From a virus (taxonomy: Duplodnaviria > Heunggongvirae > Uroviricota > Caudoviricetes): a stretch of 64,000 nt of DNA. The stretch lies in IMG/VR virus record IMGVR_UViG_2541047857_000014; one strand, 5' to 3'. The translations under genes were made by a program, and so were the position numbers. The first letter of the stretch is position 1; every line of letters starts with the position of its first letter. Under the pieces are notes generated by a model. That model did not search any database, was not told the DNA's origin, and worked only from the letters and a program-made list of their open reading frames with translations. Below are positions 10,116 through 19,793 of the stretch, one piece after another.

Positions 10116-11016
10116 CCGTTCCTCCGTTGGTTACGCTCCACTGCGTACATGATGCGGCCTGTGTTTTGTTCAGGACCACATCAGCCAGCGGTGAAGCCAG
10201 CTCCACACGTTGAACCCCCTCAACATGCAGCGCGGCAAAAATGGCACTACGGCGAATATCCCGACCAAGCCGCGTCTGACTGGCGATGTACTTCTGCAGG
10301 CTGGCTTTTGCCGCTGCCATTACCGGCTCTGCTTCGGGCCCCGGATAGAGAAAAATGGTGGCTTCCACGCGGTACGGGATGATTTCTGCGCTGCGAACCG
10401 TAAGACGGTCAGCCACCGGGCGGACGTTCTCACTGTTCAGGGCTTTCTCCACCACATCCAGCAGGTCTTTTTCTGCTGTTCCGTCGCCTTCGCGGCTAAG
10501 GACAGTCAGCACCACCTCTGCAGGTGCCGGGCTGGTTGCACTGGCATCCGCCACCCGACCGTCGGCGCTTCGGGCATGAAATTCATAAGCTGCAGTTGGC
10601 CCCGCAACTGAAAGCCCTTCAAAGGCTGCAGGCACACGCAGGCGTAACGCTTCATCACTTTCCATCACTGCCGCAACGGGCGGCACAGCGTCATTATCAG
10701 CAGGCGTCACCGTCAGGCGTTTCACGTTGTAATTGGCAGCGAGCTGGTCCAGATCGCTCCCTATGGCATAAGCCGCCATCACCGCCTGCGCGGCTTCGTT
10801 AATGCGCTGGCGCAGAAGCAACTCACGATAAGCGTTCTCCTGCAACAATTTGGTGACGGGTTCAGATTCCAGTTCCAGCGTGCGGATCACTGCTTCCTGC
10901 TCATCTTTCGGATGAAGCGCCACAAATTCTGCCTTGCGTTCGGCAAGCAGCGTCTCAAAGTCCGGCACATCCACAATCTGCGGTGCAGGCAACTGCGAAA
11001 GGTCAATCACTGCCAT
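10108..11016 (-). CDS. J: baseplate assembly protein J (start taken at MAVIDLSQLP)
   Basis: 302 aa from internal Met, matching P2 gpJ length; baseplate J-like. Confidence 0.8.
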   Translation of the reverse strand: MAVIDLSQLPAPQIVDVPDFETLLAERKAEFVALHPKDEQEAVIRTLELESEPVTKLLQENAYRELLLRQRINEAAQAVMAAYAIGSDLDQLAANYNVKRLTVTPADNDAVPPVAAVMESDEALRLRVPAAFEGLSVAGPTAAYEFHARSADGRVADASATSPAPAEVVLTVLSREGDGTAEKDLLDVVEKALNSENVRPVADRLTVRSAEIIPYRVEATIFLYPGPEAEPVMAAAKASLQKYIASQTRLGRDIRRSAIFAALHVEGVQRVELASPLADVVLNKTQAASCTQWSVTNGGTDE

Positions 11017-11362
11017 TCTCTGCTCCTGTTGATACGGAAAGGGACACAGGTACACCGTTATTCCGCCGCCCGGTCAGCTCCACCATCATTGAACCGTCAA
11101 AATTGCTGTTGATGGTGATGGAATCCAGCATCAGCCGTGGCTCCCAGCGACTCAGCGCCACATACACTGCCGACATGACCTGCAGGCGTAATGCCGGATT
11201 TTGTGGCTGATCTATCAGTGCCGACAGCAGGGAACCATATTCCCGGCGAGCAATGCGGCTACCCTGCGGTGTCAGCAGAATGTCCCGCACCGACTGGCGC
11301 AGATGGTCAATATCAGTAATGGCTTTACCGCTGGTATTGTTCATCCCGCTATAAAGCGTCAT
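11003..11362 (-). CDS. W: baseplate wedge protein W
   Basis: 119-aa ORF between V and J. Confidence 0.8.
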   Translation of the reverse strand: MTLYSGMNNTSGKAITDIDHLRQSVRDILLTPQGSRIARREYGSLLSALIDQPQNPALRLQVMSAVYVALSRWEPRLMLDSITINSNFDGSMMVELTGRRNNGVPVSLSVSTGAENGSD

Positions 11363-11937
11363 ACCGGGCCTCCGGTTGTATCGCCGCCTTTCAGGACGCC
11401 AGTATGCTGATGCGCATCAACCACGATCCCGTTAGAACTCATCGCACCGCCGCCCTGGGTAACGCCGCCATTGATCACTACTTCACTATTAATACGCGTG
11501 CGGTCAGCCTCCAGCACAAACTCACTGGTTTTCAGGGTGATATTGTCGGCAGCCTCAATAACCATGGATTTGATGCCCCTGACATACCAGCGCCCGGTGG
11601 CGGGTTCGTATTCAAACCAGCCACCGTCAGGATGTTCTGTCACGCAGGCGTCCGCCGACGTCGACGGTGGTGCGAACTGATTCGAATAGACAGCGGGCAG
11701 CGCAAAGGCGGTCTCCAGATTGCCGCCCAGACTCAGCAGCACCACCTGCTCACCTTCCGATGGTCGCCACCATGTCCGGGCATTCCCGGCACGCAGGGTC
11801 AGCCAGCTGATCCAGTTGGTTTCTAAGTCGCCTGTTTTCACCCGACAAAGCCAGTTTTCCCGGTCCACTTCGGTGACTACCCCAGTGCGGATCAGGTTGG
11901 TGATAAGGCGCATGATTTCGGTTAGTTGTGTGTTCAT
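11359..11937 (-). CDS. V: baseplate spike/assembly protein V
   Basis: 192-aa ORF, gpV-like. Confidence 0.8.
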   Translation of the reverse strand: MNTQLTEIMRLITNLIRTGVVTEVDRENWLCRVKTGDLETNWISWLTLRAGNARTWWRPSEGEQVVLLSLGGNLETAFALPAVYSNQFAPPSTSADACVTEHPDGGWFEYEPATGRWYVRGIKSMVIEAADNITLKTSEFVLEADRTRINSEVVINGGVTQGGGAMSSNGIVVDAHQHTGVLKGGDTTGGPV

Positions 11938-11982
11938 GAAAATAGACTGCTATATCTCAAAATTGAGAAGTAGCTTTGATAG

Positions 11983-12000
11983 TTGTATCACGGCTGTCAC
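11983..12000. promoter_or_regulatory. candidate Ogr-dependent late promoter dyad (TGT-N12-ACA) upstream of V
   Basis: tgtatcacggctgtcaca centred ~55 bp upstream of V start codon. Confidence 0.4.
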
Positions 12001-12075
12001 AAACAACTGGCAAAAAACGACTACTATCTATAAATTATTGAGAGTTATCTCATTAACAAAAAAGAAGCTTGGTAA

Positions 12076-13776
12076 ATGGAACACTTAAGACAACTGCAAA
12101 ATAAAACTTCCCTGTTAGAAAAGTACGGGACTAGTAACGCACATCTTTTATGGTCATTAGGTCTTTACTTAGATGAATCCGATTTTGATAAGCTAGCATC
12201 TGATGGACTTACTGATGGTGGAAACGATAAGAAAATAGACTTCATTACCGTAATTAATTCAACGTTATTTATTGCTCAGGGTTACTACTGCAATCAGCAA
12301 GCACTTAAAATAGTTGCGCCTGCAAATAAAGCTTCTGACTTAAACACTGCTTTAGCGTGGATTATGGCAGGCTCAGGAGAGTCTCCAAATGCAAAATTAA
12401 GAGCAAAAATTTCTGAGGTTAGAAAATTAATTGATGATAACGAAATTGAAGCTGTTGAATTATTATATATCCATAATTGTGCCGAATCTGAGCAGGTTAA
12501 AACTGAGCTTGAAACTTGTCGTGACTATCTAGCAGGTAGATTTGCAGACAAAGAAATTGAGGTAACTTACAGAGAACTTGGTGTTAATAGTCTTGAAAAA
12601 TTGTATATTGCGCTATCACAACAAATTGTTGTGACTGACAATATAAAGTTCAATGGCGAACTTATAAATTCTGTACAAGGTGATGGCTGGACTTCACATG
12701 TTGGCTTTGCAAACGGCACTTGGCTAAATTATTTATACAAAAATTATGGAGCAGAATTATTTTCTGCTAATTATAGGGGGTTCATGGGATTAAATAAGAG
12801 AAGAAAAATAAACTCATCAATTAAGAATACCGCAGAAACATCCCCAAAAGACTTCTTTGTCTTTAACAATGGTGTATCAATCCTAACAACAAAATTCAAC
12901 AAAGAAAAAGGGTTGTTGGAAGGAGTTTCAATCATAAATGGAGCTCAAACCACTGGTTCTATTGGTTCAGTTCAAGATATACAAAAATTAGATGGCCTAA
13001 AAGTCCTTTGTAAGGTTATTGAATGTAATGATGCGGACAAAGTAAAAAAAATAGTCCAGTATAATAATACTCAGAATCATATTACAACCTGGGATCACTA
13101 CTCTAACAGCACAGAACAAAAACAGGTGGCAGAAGAATTTTCCACTCTTGGTTATACATATTCACTGAAACGCGGCTTCGAAAATACTGGTTCTTTATTT
13201 GGCATTGAGTCTGTTGCTCAACCGCTGATAGCGTTACATGGGGATTATGTTAGCGCCAATAGAGGTAAAAACTACGTTTTCGATACAAAATCAGCCTATG
13301 ACAATGCCTTTCATGATTCGAAAGCCCAGCATATTTTATGTGCTTACACTATTTCAAAAGCTATAGAAAAAGTAAAATCTCAAATCCGTGCAAAAGAGAA
13401 TAAAATTAAAGTAGATGAGGATAACTTATTATTCCTCCAAAATTTAAAGTCTCGATTCTTTTTAATATCCGTCATCGGAGAAATACTTGAAGAATTAACA
13501 GATAAACCTTTGAACAAGAAGAAAATAAAATATAAATATGATACAGCATTATCTAAAAATAACTCTCTGGATGATTTAATCGACCTTTGGACACCAGTTA
13601 TAACTGCGATATTACCACATGTTATCCGTGTTTCAGGTCAAGATTTAACCACCTACTTATCTGTAACAGACAACCCGTTATCTATCGTATCAAAGGAAGT
13701 TAAAAACATATTAACATCCTTAAAAGCGTTCCAACCGATTGAGCCATTAATTACTCTTTCAAATCACCTTGAATAA
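12076..13776 (+). CDS. cargo gene in S-V hotspot: 566-aa putative abortive-infection/defence protein (AIPR-like by motif memory)
   Basis: Only plus-strand gene inside a minus-strand late operon; visibly AT-rich; own AT-rich upstream region; motifs FFVFNNGVSI and GVSIINGAQTTGS. Confidence 0.6.
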   Translation: MEHLRQLQNKTSLLEKYGTSNAHLLWSLGLYLDESDFDKLASDGLTDGGNDKKIDFITVINSTLFIAQGYYCNQQALKIVAPANKASDLNTALAWIMAGSGESPNAKLRAKISEVRKLIDDNEIEAVELLYIHNCAESEQVKTELETCRDYLAGRFADKEIEVTYRELGVNSLEKLYIALSQQIVVTDNIKFNGELINSVQGDGWTSHVGFANGTWLNYLYKNYGAELFSANYRGFMGLNKRRKINSSIKNTAETSPKDFFVFNNGVSILTTKFNKEKGLLEGVSIINGAQTTGSIGSVQDIQKLDGLKVLCKVIECNDADKVKKIVQYNNTQNHITTWDHYSNSTEQKQVAEEFSTLGYTYSLKRGFENTGSLFGIESVAQPLIALHGDYVSANRGKNYVFDTKSAYDNAFHDSKAQHILCAYTISKAIEKVKSQIRAKENKIKVDEDNLLFLQNLKSRFFLISVIGEILEELTDKPLNKKKIKYKYDTALSKNNSLDDLIDLWTPVITAILPHVIRVSGQDLTTYLSVTDNPLSIVSKEVKNILTSLKAFQPIEPLITLSNHLE

Positions 13777-13778
13777 AT

Positions 13779-13805
13779 AACGGGTGGCCTCCTAGGCCAC
13801 CCGTT
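13779..13805. terminator. bidirectional hairpin terminator between cargo gene and S
   Basis: perfect inverted repeat aacgggtggcc-tccta-ggccacccgtt. Confidence 0.6.
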
Positions 13806-13831
13806 CATAACTTATTTTTAATCTAAAATTT

Positions 13832-14290
13832 TTACGGCTTATTGTTATTAATTAACCATTGATAAAAAACATTCTTAACGTTGTTCTCAATATCATTGTT
13901 AATACCCAACAAACGCCGCTCTGCATACCGTACGTCCGGTCCTTTGCGACTGACGCGATCACGCAGACCGTAATGGTGAACACGGGCAATGCGCTGTACC
14001 TTACCTTCAAACTGCACGCTGGCAGAGTCGGCGCTGGCGGCAGTTTTCAGGTATTTTGTGGTGCGCAGCTTTGCAAACATCTGACGTTTGATACGGCCTT
14101 TTTTACTGCGTGCTGTTACCCGTCGCGGTTCATAGCTGCTGCCGTCAGGGTTGCGCTGCATCCTGATATTCTGCTGCTGTGTCCGGCGAAGTTCCTGCGC
14201 CAGCTGGCGCATCATGCGGCTTCTCGAGGCTGGTTCCAGATTCGCCAGCAAGGCACTCAGCCAGTCGTCCACCTTCTGCAGTTCAGCCAC
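13832..14290 (-). CDS. S: tail completion protein S
   Basis: 152-aa ORF, gpS-like. Confidence 0.8.
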   Translation of the reverse strand: MAELQKVDDWLSALLANLEPASRSRMMRQLAQELRRTQQQNIRMQRNPDGSSYEPRRVTARSKKGRIKRQMFAKLRTTKYLKTAASADSASVQFEGKVQRIARVHHYGLRDRVSRKGPDVRYAERRLLGINNDIENNVKNVFYQWLINNNKP

Positions 14291-14735
14291 ATTTCACCGT
14301 CCACATTTCTTCAGGTGCATCAGGTTCCGCTATAGCTTCAACGCTCGACACACTGCCGTCAGTGCTGACCAGCACACGTTCCGTCAGTTGCAGGTTCAGG
14401 CTGATATCACAGACATCGTTGCGCAGAATATCCACCTCAAAGGTGAATAGCTTTTCCCGTAACGCCGGGTTATTGATGGCATCGGGCTGGTTATCCCTCA
14501 GCCACAGCAAAACCGGGGCCATCAGCAGATTCTGGTCGCCGCTGAAATCCTCAATCACCGCGTTCAGTGTGTAACGGTACTCCCACGACATGGAGCTGGC
14601 CCCCGTGGCAACCAGCGAACCGTTATCCACAAACAGATGCAGTTTGTCCGGGTTATTGCGGACATAAGGCACCGCTTTATTGAGGGCGTGGCGCAGGGAT
14701 TGTGGTTTGTTCACTGTTTCGCTCCTGACACGCAA
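14283..14735 (-). CDS. R: tail completion protein R
   Basis: 150-aa ORF, gpR-like. Confidence 0.8.
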   Translation of the reverse strand: MRVRSETVNKPQSLRHALNKAVPYVRNNPDKLHLFVDNGSLVATGASSMSWEYRYTLNAVIEDFSGDQNLLMAPVLLWLRDNQPDAINNPALREKLFTFEVDILRNDVCDISLNLQLTERVLVSTDGSVSSVEAIAEPDAPEEMWTVKCG

Positions 14736-14967
14736 TAATCATGTCCACTTTGTCTGCACAGACCGCCCAGGCGGCCTCCGTTTCATCCAGCAACGCGTTC
14801 AGATCACCGTTAGTGCGCGGCGTTGCCTGATCCAGCCGACACGGCGTCACTCGCGGACAACCACTGACGGTAAGCCATACCTCCGGTGAGTGCCGGACGT
14901 TTCCGCAGCCGGATAATGTCAGCAGGCAAAGGAGTATCAGCCCAGCGGCGTAAATCCTCGTTCTCAC
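14677..14967 (-). CDS. lysC: LysC o-spanin (Rz1-like lipoprotein) embedded in lysB
   Basis: 96 aa with signal peptide and lipobox LTLSGC, out of frame inside lysB as in P2. Confidence 0.7.
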   Translation of the reverse strand: MRTRIYAAGLILLCLLTLSGCGNVRHSPEVWLTVSGCPRVTPCRLDQATPRTNGDLNALLDETEAAWAVCADKVDMIIACQERNSEQTTIPAPRPQ

Positions 14968-15238
14968 GTTTCAGTTCCTCGATCCGGTGTTGTCGTTGTC
15001 TCAGCAGCGTGCTGGTCTGTTCTGCTTCGGCATAGAGCCGCGCCTGCTCCCGGTTATTGGTTTCAGTCAGAATGGACAGGCTGATAAGCTGGCTATTGCT
15101 CTTTGCCAGTGCCTGGCTTTTGCTCTGCAGCTCGTCTGCCTGCGTGCTGATGGTCTGGCTGGCATCAGCCAGCCGCCACGTCTGCCAGCCCAGCGCCGCC
15201 AGTAATAACGTCAGCACAACCAGCAGCAACCGGTTCAT
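14810..15238 (-). CDS. lysB: LysB i-spanin (Rz-like)
   Basis: 142 aa, N-terminal TM helix then coiled coil. Confidence 0.75.
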   Translation of the reverse strand: MNRLLLVVLTLLLAALGWQTWRLADASQTISTQADELQSKSQALAKSNSQLISLSILTETNNREQARLYAEAEQTSTLLRQRQHRIEELKRENEDLRRWADTPLPADIIRLRKRPALTGGMAYRQWLSASDAVSAGSGNAAH

Positions 15239-15612
15239 GCTGCTACCTGTTGCGCCATCTGATTACGGGTGATCCAGAAGGCAATAACGGTCAGTAGATA
15301 AAAGACCAGGGTAATAGCCCACCCCGTCCAGGCGAGACTTACAACAATCAGCAATCGCATCACCCAACTGGTAAATACGTTTTCTTTTCGAGTAATTGTC
15401 TTCAGCAAAGATGCCCTTAACTCCTGCCAGAGCGGGCCATTCTTAATTAACGCAGCCAGTGCTACCGGAATTACCGCCCATGTCAGCAAACAGGCTACCC
15501 AAACGCCGGACGCTGCCAGTACCGGAAAAATCCCCTGCGGATACACCATTGCTGCGATTAACAGCGCCATCCATAACATCAGAAACAGTCCGCTGATTAA
15601 TTTCTTTTTCAT
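15235..15612 (-). CDS. lysA: LysA lysis-timing membrane protein (start at MKKKLISG)
   Basis: multi-TM hydrophobic protein after endolysin; start overlaps K stop. Confidence 0.7.
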   Translation of the reverse strand: MKKKLISGLFLMLWMALLIAAMVYPQGIFPVLAASGVWVACLLTWAVIPVALAALIKNGPLWQELRASLLKTITRKENVFTSWVMRLLIVVSLAWTGWAITLVFYLLTVIAFWITRNQMAQQVAA

Positions 15613-15613
15613 T

Positions 15614-16126
15614 TCAGTTTGCTCCCTGTAAACACCAGGCCATCTCCCGCGCACGGCGGTTATCCAGCCCCTGATTAAAAACACCTTTCACATAAACCCA
15701 GCGCGGCAACTGTCGGCATGCATCCGCCCAGCGCCGCTGATTGAGCAATTTCACCAGCGTGGAACTACAGGCATTGCCCGTCCCCACGTTGAAGGCAAAC
15801 GACACCGTAGCGTCATACACCTTCTGCGGCGGCTGTTGCTTCACACACCTTTCCAACGCCCGCTCCACTCGTAGCACGTTGGAGATCAGCCCTTCAGCTG
15901 CCTGTCGTTCCGTAATAATTTTGCCGGGAATGACGCCCGACGTATTACCAATGCCGTCGGTCCAGACACCCGCGCTGCACTGATACGGCTGCAGACGACA
16001 GCCTTCATAATCAGCGATCAGTTTCAGTCCCTCCTCGGAGGTGTGAAGCTGCTGAAACCCCGGCAGCGTGGCAGCAATAGCCAGCACGGCCCCGACAAGG
16101 CAGCGTTTAACGATTGATGGATTCAT
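15614..16126 (-). CDS. K: endolysin (lysozyme) K with N-terminal signal-anchor
   Basis: 170 aa, hydrophobic N-terminus followed by lysozyme-like domain. Confidence 0.8.
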   Translation of the reverse strand: MNPSIVKRCLVGAVLAIAATLPGFQQLHTSEEGLKLIADYEGCRLQPYQCSAGVWTDGIGNTSGVIPGKIITERQAAEGLISNVLRVERALERCVKQQPPQKVYDATVSFAFNVGTGNACSSTLVKLLNQRRWADACRQLPRWVYVKGVFNQGLDNRRAREMAWCLQGAN

Positions 16127-16322
16127 AGTCCTCCCGCGAGATCTGCCCGTCGCGCAGAAGCTGGTAGGCTTTGTGTTTGTAGTACCAGTTGATAGCCAGC
16201 ATCAGCACACCGATCATCAGGCCGCCCAGCGTTGAGGCATCCTTGATGGACAAATCGCCCAGCCAGGCCAGCACGACGGCGATGCAATACGTGATAAAGG
16301 CGCTGATTCGCTCAAGCGTCAT
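16107..16322 (-). CDS. Y: holin Y
   Basis: 71-aa two-TM protein with charged C-terminus upstream of endolysin. Confidence 0.75.
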   Translation of the reverse strand: MTLERISAFITYCIAVVLAWLGDLSIKDASTLGGLMIGVLMLAINWYYKHKAYQLLRDGQISREDYESINR

Positions 16323-16325
16323 AAT

Positions 16326-16529
16326 TCAGTCCCATAGCTGGACGGTCTGCACGGTGGTGGTGGTCGGAATGTCCGGCAGCTCCACCTGCAGCCCGTGAGG
16401 TAAAAAGGGGCCGTATTCGGCAAGCCCCGGATTTGCCTTCAGTACCTGCTCCGTGACACCCTGCGTGCGCCCGTAATGACGCCAGCAAAGTGCGTCCACC
16501 GTGTCATACTGATGCGCACGCACTTTCAT
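16326..16529 (-). CDS. X: tail protein X
   Basis: 67 aa, same length and position as P2 gpX. Confidence 0.8.
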   Translation of the reverse strand: MKVRAHQYDTVDALCWRHYGRTQGVTEQVLKANPGLAEYGPFLPHGLQVELPDIPTTTTVQTVQLWD

Positions 16530-17056
16530 CAGATAAGCTCCACTGTGCAGTGCGGCGCATCCTGCACCCGGCTGATGGCCCAGCGGGCGTCACGCCATAA
16601 ATCACCGCTTGCTTCCGCCAGTTCCTCGCCTCGCTTCGCACCGGATGCCGTGGCGTCATAGTCCTGGTAACGTTCGTTGAGCATGGCGCGTGCCCAGCAG
16701 TAAACCGCGTTGAAATAGTGCTGAATGCGCTCGCTTTTGCCGTCCAGTTGTTCCGCCGGGACTTCTGCCAGCGAGGCATACCCCAGCATCTGCTGGCGTC
16801 TGCGAAACTCATACAGCTCTGCGTTGACCTCCGAAATTGCCGACAGGGCAACCTGTTTTAAACGCGGCTGCGTCACCGTGCCGTCAGTGCGCATCACACT
16901 GCGAAACTCCGACAGGTCCACATCAGGCCAGAACGGCGTATTCCTGATGATTTCCGCCTGTTCCGGTGCCTGTTCTGGCGCAACAAACTTCATGCTGCTT
17001 TCTCCTGAAATAGAGGGCGGTGGACGGGGTTTTGATGTGGCAGTGCCTTTCGCCAC
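16529..17056 (-). CDS. L: head completion/stabilisation protein L (start uncertain; internal Met at 16993 has a good SD)
   Basis: ORF between M and X. Confidence 0.75.
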   Translation of the reverse strand: MAKGTATSKPRPPPSISGESSMKFVAPEQAPEQAEIIRNTPFWPDVDLSEFRSVMRTDGTVTQPRLKQVALSAISEVNAELYEFRRRQQMLGYASLAEVPAEQLDGKSERIQHYFNAVYCWARAMLNERYQDYDATASGAKRGEELAEASGDLWRDARWAISRVQDAPHCTVELI

Positions 17057-17088
17057 CCCGTGCCGCCCGTGCGCGGGGGCACGTTCTG

Positions 17089-17739
17089 TCAGCGGCTGTC
17101 ATTGCGCAGTCTGCGCTCTAGCTGCTGTTTGTCTTTTTTCACGCCACAGCGGGGATCGAGCTGTAACGCATGGTTGAGATGATTAAGGGCAGACGCCGGA
17201 TTTCTTTCACTCAGGACAGCGCCAATCGCTTTATGCAGACGCGCCCGTGACTGGTCCGGCATATCCATACCGTCTGTCAGCTCCAGGGTCTTCAGCAACA
17301 GATCGGTATCAAAGCCGGTGGCGGCAAGCATTGCGCTCTGGGCTGCATCTGCCATTTCCTCTGCCAGCACGGTCTGCACGTTGCGGTTACCTAACGGCAT
17401 CACCCAGCCATGACGCAGGGCGTGACGCCCGATCTCCAGCGCCCCGGCATAATCTCCGGCATCAATGCGCCACAGCATCACGTACATCAGCACGTCATCC
17501 TGTTGAGCGCCTCCGGCAGCCAGGACACCCTCCGCCCAGGCGGCGTACTTCGGCAGCAGCTCCACCTTGATTTCCGCTTTTTTGACCGTGGACTGAACGC
17601 CCTTGAGACGGCGGCGGTCTTCCGCCAGTTGCAGCAGCATCAGGTCATAGCCCGACGCGTGGCGAACGCTGCCGCCCTCGCGGGCGGCCTGTTCAGCCTG
17701 AACGCGCAGGCGATGCTGCCGTGCGGGACTCAGGCTCAT
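17089..17739 (-). CDS. M: terminase endonuclease (small) subunit M
   Basis: 216-aa ORF after N. Confidence 0.8.
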   Translation of the reverse strand: MSLSPARQHRLRVQAEQAAREGGSVRHASGYDLMLLQLAEDRRRLKGVQSTVKKAEIKVELLPKYAAWAEGVLAAGGAQQDDVLMYVMLWRIDAGDYAGALEIGRHALRHGWVMPLGNRNVQTVLAEEMADAAQSAMLAATGFDTDLLLKTLELTDGMDMPDQSRARLHKAIGAVLSERNPASALNHLNHALQLDPRCGVKKDKQQLERRLRNDSR

Positions 17740-17742
17740 GAA

Positions 17743-18801
17743 TTACGCTCCGGTTTCTGCTGCTGCGGCGCTGAAGTCGCCAATCTGGATGTTTTCCACC
17801 AGTGCGGCGCAGCGGTAGTCCTCAACCACATAGGCTTCGTTAACGGATTCAAAGTTTTCAATCCGGTCACGTTTCGGGTTGTCGATAACTGAGCGGCGGC
17901 GGGTGTCTTCCTGCCAGTAGATGGACAGGTTATCCAGACGGGTGATCAGCAGTGCATTCGGCGGGAAGAACGGCGCACGCACGGCCTGCAGGCCACCCAT
18001 GCGTTTCTGACTGATGATCATATCAGCAGCCAGTTTTTCACTGTTTTCCTGCTCTTTGTTGACCAGCGGGAAATACTTGTCAGACAGCAGTTCACGACCG
18101 CAAATCACCACCAGATCGTCATCGTCCTGGTAGACCACATCGATAAGCTCATTGACGGCATCCATCACCACGGCGTCCAGGTTGGCATATTCGCCACCTT
18201 TCCCGACTTTCACCGCACCCGGTGTGGTTTCACCGCCCGTGGTGGTGCTGCCCATGACGTGATCCGGTGCATCTTCACGGATTTTCTGCAGCCAGCCTTT
18301 GTTCACATCCTGCAGCAGCGGGTTTTCGCTACGGTTGGAGGTTTTCGCACGCTTCACGCCGTTAAAGCCGATCATGATGCGGTCCAGAGCCTGACGTTTC
18401 ACGATGGCGTCACGGATGCGCACCTGGAAATCCTGAAACTTCGCCCACAGGTCCAGCTTCGCGTAGGTCAGCACCGTGTCAAAGTTGGTCTGCTCGCATT
18501 TATATTCCACATCGACCATCAGCGTCGGATCGACAGGTTCACGCTCTTTCGCGGTGGTGTCAGTGGTTCCGGCAATGGTGCTGCCAACTCCCAGCCCCAG
18601 CAGCTGACCGGACTGCTCAGTCACTGGCGTGACGTTAATCAGCGTCAGGAAAGCGGCGGACTGCTGGATCTGGTCTTCCAGCGTCTGCTGCACAGACGGC
18701 TCCACGGTGAACTTGCTGGACAGTTCTTCAACTGCCACACCGTTCAGACGCGCCAGCTGCTGCAGGTAAGCGTTAAAAGCAAAGCGGGTATTCTTCTTCA
18801 T
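17743..18801 (-). CDS. N: major capsid protein N
   Basis: 352-aa ORF, gpN-like. Confidence 0.85.
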   Translation of the reverse strand: MKKNTRFAFNAYLQQLARLNGVAVEELSSKFTVEPSVQQTLEDQIQQSAAFLTLINVTPVTEQSGQLLGLGVGSTIAGTTDTTAKEREPVDPTLMVDVEYKCEQTNFDTVLTYAKLDLWAKFQDFQVRIRDAIVKRQALDRIMIGFNGVKRAKTSNRSENPLLQDVNKGWLQKIREDAPDHVMGSTTTGGETTPGAVKVGKGGEYANLDAVVMDAVNELIDVVYQDDDDLVVICGRELLSDKYFPLVNKEQENSEKLAADMIISQKRMGGLQAVRAPFFPPNALLITRLDNLSIYWQEDTRRRSVIDNPKRDRIENFESVNEAYVVEDYRCAALVENIQIGDFSAAAAETGA

Positions 18802-18817
18802 CGGGTTTTGTGCTCCA

Positions 18818-19651
18818 TCAGCAATTGGTCAGAGTGTCAGCGGGGGCGTTACCGCCTGTTGCACGCTGGCGGTAGTCCTGGCGACTGTCTTCATGACTCA
18901 GCTTGTCCACCAGTTCGTTAAAGGCGGTTTGCTGTGCCTGCAGGGCAGTCTCCAGCTCAGACAGGCGTTCTTCCTGCTCAGACAGGGATTTTTCGGTGCG
19001 TGCGCTCAGGTTCTGCTGCTCAGTGGCGACCAGCTCCACGGCCTTATGCACATCAGAGAACCGGGCGTCATCGGACTGCTCTTTTTTGGTAAACAGCGCC
19101 GTGACGCGGGCAAACAGGGACGGTTTGTCGTCCTGGATTTCTTCCAGTTCGATCACCGTTTCCTCTGCAGCGGTAAAGAGATTGGCAGGATTCTGCTTGC
19201 GGTTTGCCAGCAGGTTATGGGCTGCACTGGCGCTGAATGTCAGCATTTCCGTACCCAGACTGGCAGGGTCATCAGTGGCAGCCAGGCCGACCAGATAGGC
19301 TTTGCCCGTATCAGCGAACTTCGGGCTGACTTCCATAGAGGTGAATAATTTCTGGCCTTTTTTCACCAGTTCCACCAGGGACTCCGTTGGCTCAACGTCG
19401 GCATACAGCGCCATCTTGCCTGCCAGCGGACCTTCCGTGATTTCTTCAGCAAACAGCGCCGTCACCTTGCCGTAGCGGTTAAAGGTGCTGTCCGGCAGAT
19501 AAGACTTGATGTGCTCAAGGTTAATCAGCGCGGTATACACCGCCGGGTTGTAGCTGGCTGCCATCTGTTCCAGCCATTCACGCTGGATTTCGCGTCCGTC
19601 GGTGGTGGCACCTTCCACCCCGATGCGAAAACGCTTTGCTTTCACTGTCAT
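18818..19651 (-). CDS. O: capsid scaffolding protein O
   Basis: 277-aa ORF divergent from P. Confidence 0.8.
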   Translation of the reverse strand: MTVKAKRFRIGVEGATTDGREIQREWLEQMAASYNPAVYTALINLEHIKSYLPDSTFNRYGKVTALFAEEITEGPLAGKMALYADVEPTESLVELVKKGQKLFTSMEVSPKFADTGKAYLVGLAATDDPASLGTEMLTFSASAAHNLLANRKQNPANLFTAAEETVIELEEIQDDKPSLFARVTALFTKKEQSDDARFSDVHKAVELVATEQQNLSARTEKSLSEQEERLSELETALQAQQTAFNELVDKLSHEDSRQDYRQRATGGNAPADTLTNC

Positions 19652-19719
19652 GAGCCGTGCTCCGTTAGAAAAAACTTACTGGAGCCTTATGGTTGCGGTG
19701 ATGGGGGCAGTGAAACAAT

Positions 19720-19737
19720 GCGCGGTATTTGTACCGA
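19720..19737. promoter_or_regulatory. candidate Ogr-dependent late promoter dyad in divergent O/P intergenic region
   Basis: tgtaccgacaaccacaca (TGT-N12-ACA) between O start 19651 and P start 19794. Confidence 0.45.
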
Positions 19738-19793
19738 CAACCACACAAACCGCAGGCGGGGAAAGCCTTCATTCAAGGCTGTAGGTTTGTGCC

